A DNA stretch of 61,908 nt, counting the filler, from Choristocarpus tenellus KU-1152 (taxonomy: Eukaryota; Protista; Phaeophyceae), in the NCBI GenBank assembly GCA_964200185.2. It is 10 parts of 10 records of this genome, joined end to end, with 100 filler letters (N's around TTAATTAATTAA, not from the genome) between each part and the next. Parts side by side here need not be neighbours in the genome. Positions count along the whole stretch, not along the records: positions 41,826 to 51,715 come from CAXNAD020003305.1; positions 51,816 to 61,908 come from CAXNAD020003156.1; 8 more parts are not named here. One strand, 5' to 3'. The notes under the pieces are model-generated. The model did no database searches, was not told the origin of the DNA, and worked only from the letters and a program-made list of their open reading frames with translations. The translations under genes and the position numbers were made by a program. Shown piece by piece: positions 47,101 to 59,454 of this stretch; position 1 is the stretch's first letter; every line of letters starts with the position of its first letter.

Positions 47101-50100
47101 TTTTGAACATTGCATTACTGTGTGGTGACATAACGATCTAATCAAGATTTACTTTGACCTGTGGTGTAGAGTACAGTGCTCAGTGTTTTCGTTCATCTTG
47201 AATGATAGATTCAATTGTGAGTTTGGTGCTTCCAACACACACAAGGGAGCCATCACGAGGAACCAATCCGTCTGCCTTCCCCTGTCCCCTTTGTACAAGG
47301 CGGCTCAGTGTTGAACAAGGGCTGACGCTTTTGATCATGTGTCGCCAATCAAGGCAATACACTATTGCAGAAAGCAAACTCATCCACTCCTTTCTCCCTC
47401 CTTCTGTCTGTGGTCATGTGTTGCAGGTCAAGGCAGGTGCAGATAAGCTCTTGTCGCTGTACCTGTCCATGTCTCGTGGAATAGAATCAACTGCTGAACT
47501 TCCTGATAATCTTACAGTGGAGAAGGTCCTCAAGGTGTTGGACATCTTCCACTCCGTAAATGACCGTCTCTTGGTAGAGGTGATTGAGGGTCTTCAAGCG
47601 CAGGTGGGTGGTGAGGGTGTCCTATTTGATATGTTTGACATGCTTGAATTGTACCACAGGAAGAAACAGAAATTGCAGAGGGAAATGATGGTAGGGGGTT
47701 GATGCCACTGCCCTCTTGTTGCATGGAGCTGAGAAGTGCCAGAAGTTGATATTGAGCCCAAAAACAGGTGAATATTTAGTTAATGTATGTTAAACGTTGT
47801 GGCTGAGGTCCTTTGTTTTGCTTGCATGTACAGATGAGATAGTTTTTTGTAGCTGTTGCGTAGTGTTGATTGACATGGAGAGAGGTTGGTGTCTACCTGA
47901 TGCAGTGGAGTGTGGTCAGGAGTAGAGGGGGTATTGGCCATGAGCCTGGTCACAGGATGGGAATGCTCACTGTATCACAGGACCCCATGATCTACCTGCT
48001 TTTCCTATGTGGTGCAAGTGCCTGACAAAATGGGGCCGTTGTGAACTTTTTGTTTGTGTGTGTGCCTGTGTGTGTGTGTTATGTCCAGGGAAAAAGCCTT
48101 TCTAATCAGGAGACAATGCAGGAACTCCATATGATATTTACAAGACGCAGCGAAAGCGACCTGAATAAAGCTCTCAAACCACTTGGACTCAACCATGAAG
48201 TGAGTCCCCCCTGAAAGGAGGTACGTGCTTGTCCCCCTTAGACAAGGATGATACAGGTACTGATGCGCTCCTACAGGTACAGCGTATGTTTTTGGTGGTT
48301 GGTCTCGGCCTGTTAGGGGTACAGTTTAATTTCTATCTCCTCACAAACACACACACACACACACACACCACAAAGAAATTTCCACAATCAACCTCTGAGA
48401 TAACACAAATACAGTGGGTGAAATCAATAGGTGTCAGAATGTGCCCAACTCCTCTGTTCCTGTGCAGTGCAAGAGTTGCCACATGAATGATGGACTTGTA
48501 TACGCATTGAAACCAGGCAGTCAGTTAGCTCCCCTTACCTTTTGCCCTAGGTTTTGTGTATCTTACCAAGAAATTTGAATATAGATAATATATTTCTTTT
48601 TAGACTTCGTAGGGCTCTAAGTTTGGTTCCTTGTAAGAAGTTGGTAATGCTTCCATGGATATATATATATATATATATAAATTGTTCTATTCTACTTTTT
48701 TCATCTCTAGAGTTAGCACTTGGTCCTGTATATTCACAAAAAAAAAACTGATTTTTGTTGTCCTCACTTAGGCTGGGATGAGCCTGGGCTATGGTTGGAG
48801 GCACTATACACAACACAAGTTGTTCTTATCAATGAATTGTTTCTATTTGTTAGGGTTGTGTAATTGAAAATAATGTGTCCCAAGTTATACACCAAGTTGG
48901 GCACTGGTGCTACAGTGTATTTACACAAGTAATCTAGGTGGGAATTTTTGACTCATCATCCATCTGCCGCACCATGCCACTTGGTCCTCTCTTGAATGCT
49001 GTGCTGCAGATGATCCAACCTGCTCTGGTCAAATTCCAAAACAACAAAACTGTGCAACAAAAATTGAAGGAAGGGACAGAACAGCAGCAAGCAAGGTTAG
49101 TCAGAGAGGGAGGGAGGTTGTGTAGGAATCAAACGTGACTGGTTGGTTCTATCGCCTGTGCCATTAGTAGTGTTGATAATGCTGTGAAGTGATTTCATAT
49201 AATGTATGTCTATGAAAAATTGGTATGACAATGTATCCCAAGTCCTGAATCATATCCCAGCTGTTCTAATGAAGATAGAAGGATAATGGGGAAGCAGGTT
49301 GAACAGAAAACATACTAATCAATTGACTAAGGGTATTACTGGATGTACAAACACAGCTCCCGGTAATCACAAATATGATAAGGTGGGAATGAACGGCCAG
49401 AGGGGGACCATTCCCTTCGCAGGTATTTTTTTAGTGATATTAAATGAGTGTTCAGGCATGGTTTAGATGATGTCTAGAAATTTGATTTGTTTCATTCAAC
49501 CAAAGGTTACTTGTTTGCTGAACACCCTATCAATAGTACGCTGGTAGGTACCAGAGGGTTTCATTTGCGTTTTGGAAATATACTACCGAAGTGGAGGTTA
49601 TTGTAGGGTTTCATGGGACCCCTACACACTGCCTTGTGGGCTGTGGTATGACGTGTTTTGAGCATTGTGGAGGGGGAGTTCTGCTGAAATGAATGTTCGC
49701 ATCTAATCTTCTACAGCCACACCCTCCTGGGAGGGGTTATCTACACCTTACAAATGGGCATGGCAAATATTGTGTAAGGACCAAATCGACCCCCGTCTCA
49801 GAAGGTTTGACTCTTGGAGTTGACCCAAGATGGTGCTGTGCTCTCTTTCCTCTTCTCTTTTGTCTTTTGATGTTGAAATGTATTTTTATTTTGTTGTGGT
49901 TTGAGTATCTGCAGGAAATGCAGCAAGAGTTTTTCAGGACTTGGATTTCATCAAGTGACTTGTCCTATCAGTCACCTGTAGCAATGCTATTGGTGGCAAC
50001 ATACTGGTTGAAGTTTAAGGGTTAGGGGTGGCTGTTGACTGACGAAGGCAACTTGTATGTATTAGATACTCATTGAGTGGTAGGTCTTGTAGGTAGTCAA

Positions 50101-50235
50101 TGTATTGTGTTGTGACTCTGCTGGCTAACATGCACTGTAGAACAACAGCGCACCCCTCTTACAACCTTGCTACCCCGTTGTGCCACATGTGACCATACCT
50201 CCCTTGGCAGGCTTATGACTTATGGGTTGATGTGA
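44146..50235 (+). CDS. Uncharacterised helical protein with N-terminal membrane anchor; exons 44146-44250, 44620-44715, 45034-45144, 46537-46614, 47427-47603, 48122-48199, 49010-49095, 50211-50235
   Basis: Eight exons with GT-AG sites join in frame: MDATVNAGVVGATALTLAAGGLLFLWGR...VSKAQVVAFFDAI...FEENLAKVQ...VDEEDMEEASNHF...ELPDNLTVEKVLKVLD...IQPALVKFQNNKTVQQKL...RLMTYGLM*. The last exon, and a possible extra small exon at 47.6-48.1 kb, are less certain. Confidence 0.75.
48347..48371. repeat. (CA)n microsatellite, intronic
   Basis: Directly visible. Confidence 0.85.
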
Positions 50236-51715
50236 TGGTTTTAAGGCATTGTTTGGTTATTTACACACCCCTGGGAACCAAAGAGAAAAGGTGGGAAGGG
50301 GGAATGAGCATCACATCCTGAGCTAAGGCACAGTGCTATGTTGCAAGGTCTAAGGGTGGTGCTTGGCAATCTTACTGCGGGATATATAGGGTGAACTAAG
50401 CCCCTTCCTGAGGTTCACTCTCCTGATATTTTGACCTGTGAATATGAGAACTGACCTTCATGACCATAGATTATTCCACCTAAAAGTGGTTGCTAAAGAT
50501 ATAACTTCAAAATATTTCTATACGAAAGAGTCACGTGATCTCACTGCCATTTTGAATCAAACTTTTGCCTATGTTCATGTCTGGTTATCCTGGAGGTGGC
50601 CATCAACCAATGTTCATTTTGCCACACATCTGCTATGATCATAGTGAGACTAGTGAGAGTCCTCCTGCCATTTGTTGTTGTGTATAGTACGTTTTTTGGT
50701 GTCACACAAGTAGTTGCTGTATTGTTGGGTTTTGTGAAGCTATTGGAAGGAGGATCAGACCTCGGTCATGCACTAATTACACCCCCTCGGAGAACATATA
50801 AGCTTTAGTAACTACTTTGCTGCAACACTATTAATAGGTCATCACAGACCCAGTTATCTGACTTGAGGACCTACCTTCCTCAATACACTTTTGGATATCT
50901 CCAGCGTTGAAATGGTGTGTTGTTGACACCCTTTGATGATAGTCCTGTCTTCAAGGTTTAGATGCTTGTTCTGGCTTGATATATCAACATTCATTTCCCA
51001 TTGATCTATAATTTCCCTGACTCTTGCTCTGTTTTAGCAGTCATCTATGTATCCAGTGATTTTTTTGCCCCGTATGAGCATGGCAACTCCGACTACAGGT
51101 GACAACCCCTGTCCTCCACTTCTTTGCCGAGCCATGTACCCAATCTTCACAACACATACACCCTTGTGTGTCCAATCACCATTGTTGAAGACTTCAGTGA
51201 GCACTGAAGTTGTGACCCTTGAGTGTTCAGTTACGTAGTGCGTTTGTAGTGTACTCTATTTATTTATTGTACTCCAGTTGAGTATTAATAGGTGGACTGA
51301 ACACATTTCAAAGGTCTTTTTTTCAGGAGCTGGAACATTGTGGATCATCAATGGAAACAGATACAACTTCTGAGCAAGAGAAAGATGAGGCCTTCTACAA
51401 AGGCGGAATGATGCACACAATAAATAATAGTGCATCATCAGGGGAATCCCAAGAAAAGGTGGAGAACATTCGTGGAGGTCGAATGAATCCACTTGTCAAA
51501 AACAACAAACAGGCAAACTCAAATGGACGGCTCACTACTTGATGGATGGTCTGCCCACACTGAGCCTAACACCTCATCTGGCAAGAGGCTTCAACTCTCG
51601 TGAATGCTGTGTGTAGTATATAGATGTGGTTTTGTGTGACTTCCTGAATGGAGTACTCAAGGTGTGGGGAGTATCCCCATCCAAAACCCAGACCCAAAGT
51701 ATCTGGGAGGGGGGG

Positions 51716-51815
51716 NNNNNNNNNNNNNNNNNNNNNNNNNNNNNNNNNNNNNNNNNNNNTTAATTAATTAANNNNNNNNNNNNNNNNNNNNNNNNNNNNN
51801 NNNNNNNNNNNNNNN
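51716..51815. other. Artificial contig spacer
   Basis: 44N-TTAATTAATTAA-44N. Confidence 0.98.
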
Positions 51816-51987
51816 ATTTTCACATGGAGAGGACAGGAGTGATCGCACTCCCCCCCTCCTCTCCATTGGCACTCTATATTCCATATGTTGTAGTCCTATA
51901 TCACCAGTGCTGAAAGTCCACCATTGCAGGCACAGACCCAGGTGTAGAAACTGATTCCCTCCTGCACCCCCCATCGAACGTACATAC

Positions 51988-54320
51988 CTTCTGTACATAG
52001 GCCCGTGATGCTCTGGAGATGCTCTTGGAGACAATCCATGAGGTGCCCACGCACCGAGCTCACCAGGCGGTCAACAGACCCGCACAGCTGTGCCCCGTGT
52101 CCAACACAGGGCAAGTGGGGTGTGTTTGACCATACCCAGGGTCTGCATGCTACCCAGTAGATGTTGGGAAGGAGCAGATCGCTGGTGGTGGGGGTGTTTT
52201 GCTATTCTCTTCTTTTTCCTGAGTGAGCTGGGATTGGGATTATATCAACCCATGGGTGGGAGGGCTGGACTATACTTTCAGGATGATCTGGCCTCGTGTA
52301 TTGAGGTGTGTTGCACATATGCCGCACCAGGTCAGGGGTAAGTGTGCAATGAACCTTAGAAGCATTGCTGTTTGATAAGTAGTGACAACAAGAAGGTGTG
52401 GAGCCTCACACTACCCCCTTTATTGAACGTGAAAAGAATGGAGGGATGAAATTCGAAGGGTGACCCTGTGTCTTGGTGTCTTCTATTGTTTGTTTCTTTA
52501 CTATTATTTGTGTCTCACATGTAAGTCAACGGCTATGTACTAGTAGTTCAATTGCAATACCAAACTCCACGCATAATTCAGATGTACTATCTCATTAGTT
52601 ACATCACATGGACTCAATTCAGCCCAATATCTCACACATACACATACACAAAATAGGGTACACCTTACTATTGTCCTATTTGGCACAGTAAGGACGTAGG
52701 AGATATCCATAATGCCTGTAGTGCAATATTGATAGTAACATGAGTATCCGTTGCTCCTGGAAAGTAGAGAAACTTCATTAATAGTGCTTGAGGCAGGAGG
52801 CTTGTGCAACACCCCCAGGGGAGGCTCCCAATAATTATGTGCTTTAGGTGTGTTCTTGCATGGCATAATCTTGCACATGTCAGGCGTGCCGATCCCCCAA
52901 CTCCCTCCTCTCCTCCGTGATGACTTCAATGTGGCCTGGGTTGAGTGCATAGCAATCAGACCAACCTTTGCAGGCTCACATCTCACCACACCATCCGGCA
53001 TTTCCTCTTTTCCCCCAATGAAAGTGTCTTCAAGGGTTCGCTGTGGAGAAATACTTACAAAAATATCAGGTGCAATTCCAGCACCCCTGACAGGCAGTAC
53101 CCCCCTTTCCTATCAATTGGTCTTTGCACTGCTTCTGTCCCAGAGGGAAGGTGAAGAATCCTAGAGGGCAGGTGCAAGAGTCCCCAATATTTCAACCGAT
53201 TGCCTCTGAGTACAGCAGTACCTTCGAGTCAATGCATGCCCCTAACAGGCAGGCAAATACTACTATCCCACTCCCCCACTCAGTTTCATTGGTCATCCCT
53301 GCATCACGAAAAAAAACAAACCCAAGTCTGACATGTGCTGAGTTGCATACCCTGGTTCGGGCGTGCGTCTCTTGGTAACCTTCAATATAGTACGGCGGTG
53401 CAGTGTTCTCCAGGTGACTGACAAAAAGAGACGAAAAAGATTGCTGGTGATTCCACAGCACAAAGACAGCTATTCATTGAAATGGCCAACGCATGTCTCG
53501 CGCATCACATTTTGAACTACACAACTCCTGCCTCACAAGGACAGAAGTGGGAGACAGATTGGACCTTCACAATATGAACACCTCACAAAGCACATGCACA
53601 CGCACACAAAAGAGACAAATGACCCAACTCTTTTCGCTCACCCTCCCCTCTGTACGAACAGTCTTTAACCTCAATCATGGTGTACCAGACGGGGACTGCA
53701 GCCAAGCAAAACCCTTTTTCACACACACCATGGAAAAACGCCTTCCTCATCAATACCAAAAAATATCCCTCCCAATAGAGTAATCCCGCCACATCTCTAC
53801 AGGCAGATGTAATATACACAGTGAGATATGGCCTGCGACCAGGGCAGCTCTCCCTTCTGGATATCTTGCATATCAATAGAGCTACTACTTTGCTAAAGGT
53901 CTTTGCGGGGGAAGGGAGGGGGGGGGGGGCATACAAACTAGGCTAATGCCGTAGGGAGAGGAACATGGTGAGTTCAGTCTATCAAAATACAAAACATATT
54001 TTTTACACATGACCAAATGTGAAGCGGTGTGGATAGTTGCAACTGTCATCAGACGCCCTTTGCCCCCAAAATATTAGGACCCAAAATATTAGGACTTACC
54101 CATTTGTAGTCCACACGTTTTGGGAACATTGAGATGGTTGGCCCATAATTTGGTTTGATGTTGTGGCACCTGCATGTCCCTGGCTTGGAACCCGTTCCTT
54201 ACTGTTTTCTCTCATTATCAGTTTATTTGTTCTCACGAAACCACATACACGATCTCTCCCTTGGCTGAAGCTGCCACCCTCCTCCTTTGGCCTTGAGGTG
54301 GAGCAGCTTACCTCCATAGC
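51988..54320 (-). CDS. Possible multi-exon gene fragment of unknown function
   Basis: Candidate AG/GT-bounded exons: 52087-51988 (LCGSVDRLVSSVRGHLMDCLQEHLQSITGLCTE), ~53040-52987 (RTLEDTFIGGKEEMPDGV), ~53408-53351 (NTAPPYYIEGYQETHARTR), plus a strong donor near 54310. No family recognised and the full model is unresolved. Confidence 0.3.
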
Positions 54321-54353
54321 CTTTCTATTTTGAGTTGCATTTACAGACGGAGG

Positions 54354-54615
54354 GACTCAATGTATCTCAGTGGGTAGAGCCGCGTCCAGTTGGGGGCCAA
54401 TATCCAATGTTACGATTTTGATATAATTTTGGCTATCGTGTATGTGCTTGGAAGTGGCAATATCCATGTTTCGGACACACCTTTTCATAACATACACATT
54501 TTACCTACTCCTTAAACATTTTGGAGTAGGTAAATGTCATAGAAAAAAACATGGGAAGCCAAGTCCTAAATGGACAAGCAGGGCAAAACTCGTACCCTCT
54601 AAGATACTTCCACTT
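54354..54615 (-). mobile_element. MITE copy 3 (reverse orientation, more diverged)
   Basis: The reverse complement aligns with 30816-31074. It retains the hairpin catttTACCTACTCC...GGAGTAGGTAaatg and the CGTACCCTCTAAGATACTT end. Confidence 0.85.
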
Positions 54616-57299
54616 ACAATATGACCATGGAAGCATCTACCGGATAGATGAAGGAGAGGGTGACTCGCGAGTACGAATACACACTGTAGCTCATCCCATA
54701 CGGATCTCTCCTAGTTGCATCCTTCTTCTCCCAGCCCGAGCGAGCAGCCGGCCTTAACGGGATTTGTGTGTTGGTAAGAGCTCTTGCCCCATCCTCTCGT
54801 GTCGACCTTGCCGTGGCTTCTTCGGTCGAAAGAGCTACCACTCACTTCCTCTTCTTGTCCTCACCTCGAACAGACACTTGCGCCCCCGCCACTGCAAGGT
54901 TCAGCCCATCCTTCTGGTAGGCAGCAACTTCTATAGAGGAAGGGCAGAAGTAGATCACCGATTGACAAAGTGGACGGTATATATGCATGTATATACGTTA
55001 GCATCGATCCAATCTGTGCAACGAACCATTACATGCAATTAGTTCCAAGAAACATGCTCCCACCTTGGTACTCCCGTGCCCGTATGCCTATGCGTCGGCG
55101 TTGATGGAAGAACATACTCCGCAACCCCCGTCTCCGAACTTACGGACTGTTGAAAACTCTCCTGGCGTAGGAATGCCCAGAGTTCGATAGGTCAGCTCGA
55201 CCCTCCTAATCTTCACCGAGTTGAGTGCCAGGGTGCAAAACATATTCCGATCGCCATCTACTCTGCTAGTGCCGTCGTAGCACGCGACGTCGTGCTGAAG
55301 AAGGCCATCTCATCATTGCAGACGGCCAACCCTGAGCCGTGTGGGAGATTTGAACCTGACGGCATGGTCCACCTGGCTGAACACACAGTCAGCCTACTCC
55401 ATGAACAATCGCAGATGAAGGATACGCGAGTGCAAGGCGTGAATGACGCCCCTGGGCTGAATTTCTCCCCCATTCTCTACGGGAGCGACAACTCTAATGG
55501 GTTGCTCATGAGCTCATCTACTGTGGTCCGTGCCCCCTTGCGCATTATCTACAGGATCGACCAGCAGAGAACCTTTCGGAGCGTCGCCTTCTTCACGTGC
55601 CATCTGTGCGATATGCTGAGAAGATCGCGTCGCGGTATTTTCTATAGTATTGCTAACAACAGCAGGAAGGACAACCAGCACCACCATCTTTTCTCCTGGA
55701 AAATTATATGTCTCTTTACCTCTTGCCTCCCTTCTAACCTGGTTTCCACCAACAATGAGTGTCCTTGATATACTTTCATATTGTGTTGTAAGGCGATGTT
55801 TTGTGCTTAAAAGGTGTGGTAGGTATGAGGTATTGGTATTTTTTCTATGTTTGATTATTACGTTTAGACATTTTGGAGGTGTGAAAGGAAAATGCCAAAA
55901 TTATACTGCAAGGACTAGTGTAGGAATACCAGTTAACACCAGTGGAAAATATGTCTCTCTAAAATATACTCTATATTTACTACTTGAAAACTAGCAATAC
56001 AACAATCATCCCTTTTGAAAACTTGGAAAGTAAGAAGGAATGTGCGACGTAAAATTCCAACCTAATATGCCACTAGATTGCAGTGCATGGTGGTGGATTG
56101 AGTTGATTTCTTGTTTGAATCATTCGTGCGACCTCGCCATCTCTACATACATGTTCACCACCCTTGTTTAAATTCATTGGGCGATGGATAATGTATTATT
56201 GATTACATGACACTTGTAGGTTGGAACCCTTTCCACGTTTGCGTTGTTTTTTGGGATTGTTGCTAGTTTCGATGATCGGTTCCTATATATATATATATAT
56301 ATATATATCATACATGTCTCTACACGCACCATCCTACTATCTGACCCCAATCCACCAACATATATATATTAAGTGATCGTCCTCGTACCCTCAACATGTA
56401 CCATGATAATCTTGTCTACCGATAATAATAGTATAGTATGTTGTACATACATACAATGTCACCTTCTGTTCAAGGAAATAATGCGCTGGTTCAAACATTG
56501 TGGAGAGAAAAAAAATGTGTTCTCGGAGAAATCTTAGTCCGATCGACCATGTTTTGGCAACAAGCGATGGAACCGTACACACACCTATCTGTACCCTCTT
56601 TGTGTCTATACCTAAACTATAAAAAAGAAGGAGAAATCTTGGATCGTGGTGGCAACATTATTTCCTGTCGGTCAGGGGAGTGGGTACTGCTGCACAAGAT
56701 TTCTGCTGTATCTGTTTGTGCCTTCCTTTTTGGTGCGTTAAGTCAGGTCAATCCCACTATGGGCCTCTCCTCCTCCTCCCTCGTATATTAGTACATACTC
56801 TTCTATGTAGTACTTGATTTTCTCCGCATTATTGTTGCAAACCTATTCATAATGGATCTCAAACCCAAATCTCGGTATATTATATTACATCCTATCAAAG
56901 AGGGAAAAACAATCTCATGTCAAGAATATCATATCGAAATCATTGTTTCATATTTCATATTTATGAAGTTGGAAGTAAAAACAACGACAGGATTTTGTCC
57001 TCTCTTATCTCCATTCGTCATAACAAGAGATAGTATAAACCCTCCATGCAATGCAAGGCATAACCTTCTATCCCTTTTCATGTGAGAACAAGAGGTGGGT
57101 CAAGTGTTTGACGAAAAACATGCATTAATTACTAGTATTATTTCGGAGAATGTACAAATATATGTTTTTAAGAATCAAACCAAGAGGTAGTAGGCAGGGT
57201 TGCATCTTAGGATGTGGCAGTATACGCCTCCAGCTGGTACTATTCAAGTTCATTCTTAACGTTGATCTCCAACCATGCCCTCCCCTTGTGGGCACTTCT

Positions 57300-57820
57300 G
57301 CTACAAATCGCTCCGCAAGCTTACCGGGATGGGATATGTAGCTCCAATCCACAAGGCTGTATGGAGGTGATGATGCTCATAATAGAAGGTGCCATAAAAG
57401 AGGTGTTAAATGTGTTGGATCTTTCTCTTCCCCTACTTCCATCTCTATGGGAGGACACTCCATCACCCAGCTTCTGTGCGTGACGTCTTGGCCACCTTCT
57501 TGAGCAGCTTAGTCATGCTGAACTGCTGGTTGCCTTCATCGGAGGAAGAGGTCTCTCCCCTGTTAGGCTTGGATTTCTCCATCAAGCATTTCCCTTTCAA
57601 CTTCAAACACCTGCTGAGACCTACGGAAGAAGTTCCAAACTTGTGACCTTCTTTTGGTGTTGCAAGGGGAAACTTTCACAGGCAGTACCTCAAATTCACC
57701 ATCGCCTTCTTCACTGTCCCTCTCGTCAACTTTTATATACCATTCCTCTTTGTTGTTTTGTCGCCTTCGCTTTGTGTAGTCAAGTGTATTGTCCTGCGCA
57801 CTCACCTGTCCCTCACTCAC
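57300..57820 (-). pseudogene. Possible decayed BED-finger (hAT-like) transposase N-terminus
   Basis: An acidic leader is followed by KRRSQVWNFFRR (BED-type SxVWxxF) and a downstream TPLLWHL. There are several in-frame stops, and the zinc-binding Cys residues are not clearly retained. Confidence 0.3.
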
Positions 57821-59418
57821 CCACCATGATCATATGCAGAACTACAATCCAGAAATGTTGACCCACAGGTTCTGAAGTGGTTATGTGATGAGTATTCTCC
57901 AACCCTCTCATCAAGAACGCATTGCCTATATTAACACCTATGTCGAATAGTCTCGTTGTGACAAAACGCAAACGTTTATGTCAACTGACTTAAAAGACTG
58001 GGTGACACCCGTAGGAATAAAACTAACAAATCACCCCTTCATTTAATCCTCACGTTCTTAGGTACTCCAGTTCCTCCAGAATAGCCGAAAATCTTATCAT
58101 TTTGTCCCAATTTTTTCAGAATATCGTATCACATCAATGTAATTTTTCCCACTGTTTTAGTATTATGGTATCTGGCATTTTGTAGATGTGCAAAAGGAAC
58201 ATTATATGTATGACTCCAATTTTTACACCCCTCACACACTATGATATTTGAACCTTAGAGAAGGAAATAGACGGCCTTTGTCTTTTTGAATTGGAAGGGA
58301 TTGAACGCTTTGAGTTCCTTTTTGTGTTTGTTTGTGTGATCTACGAGAACCCTCAAAACGAACCTATGTATGTGTATTACACATACACTATTTGAATTGT
58401 ACGATTTGAAATAGATAATTGCCCACTTTTTTTGAAATCTGGCTCCTTCATTTGAAGGAGCACTATCCACCCTTATGTACTAGTTACATTAATTACTAAT
58501 GATGTTTGATAAATTTTGTATGAAATGAATGACGTTTGACGCTCTCCTTCATTGTTTACTCTCCTCCTCTTACATGTTCACCAACATGATGACACGAATT
58601 TGATTCTTGGAGTAGTTTGTAAGTTGACCCACTGCCAGCACCACAGGTTTAAACCGTCCTAGACCTCTACACTCCGTACATGGTAGGGCTCTGACCTCCA
58701 TAGCCTATACTTCCTACTTCCTGGAGTTGACTACAGACTAAAACAGTACTACTATAATAATGTGATTTATGTGCAGTGTGTATCACTTCTGTACTGAAGA
58801 CACCCCTACATCTTATTTTTCAAGGGTCATTCAGCATGTATTTTTCGAAGAGGCCCCAAGCATACCTGATGGTCTCGGGTGCCTCGTTGGTCGCACCCTG
58901 AAGTGTCCTACACCACCACCACAGCTTTGTGTACAATCCTTTCCTCTGTAAGTGTGTATTCGATGGTTTTCTTGGCTACGTGACTTTCTCGGTGCCTTCC
59001 AAAATGCAGTTGAGCGTGCAGGACGACCCAACTGGTGATATGGACCTGCTGCCCCTCCAGAATTCGCCAACGTGACGGCCCTACAACGCAGTGAGTGATG
59101 TCGCGAATTGGACAATACAGGTTAGGCCAAACCATTCACCGCATATCTCCTCCGTCCATCATCCTCCCGTCTTTGAGTGCATTTCCCCCTGCTAGTCTCA
59201 GGTCCTTCGTCTTGTTAAACCAACGATGCTAGGGTTGGCCCAGGTGCACAATTTTGACACCAAGACGGGCGGTTCACTCCAACACCATGTATTTCAAATC
59301 CTTTTCTGCTATCAACCCTGGCTAGAGCACAGCAACTAACAGTAAGGAAGCCACTGACAGCGCAACGATAATCCACCCTCTTATTCGTGTCTCGATTGCT
59401 TAGCTCTATCTCAAGTGC

Positions 59419-59454
59419 TCTCTCTTTCTCTCTCTCTCTCTCTTTCTCTCTCTT
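59419..59454. repeat. (CT)n microsatellite
   Basis: Directly visible, imperfect. Confidence 0.8.

Noticed and set aside
38182-50235. nirB plus neighbouring genes as a nitrate-assimilation cluster
   Set aside because: A spacer at 41726-41825 separates nirB from the other genes, and they show no nitrogen-metabolism motifs.
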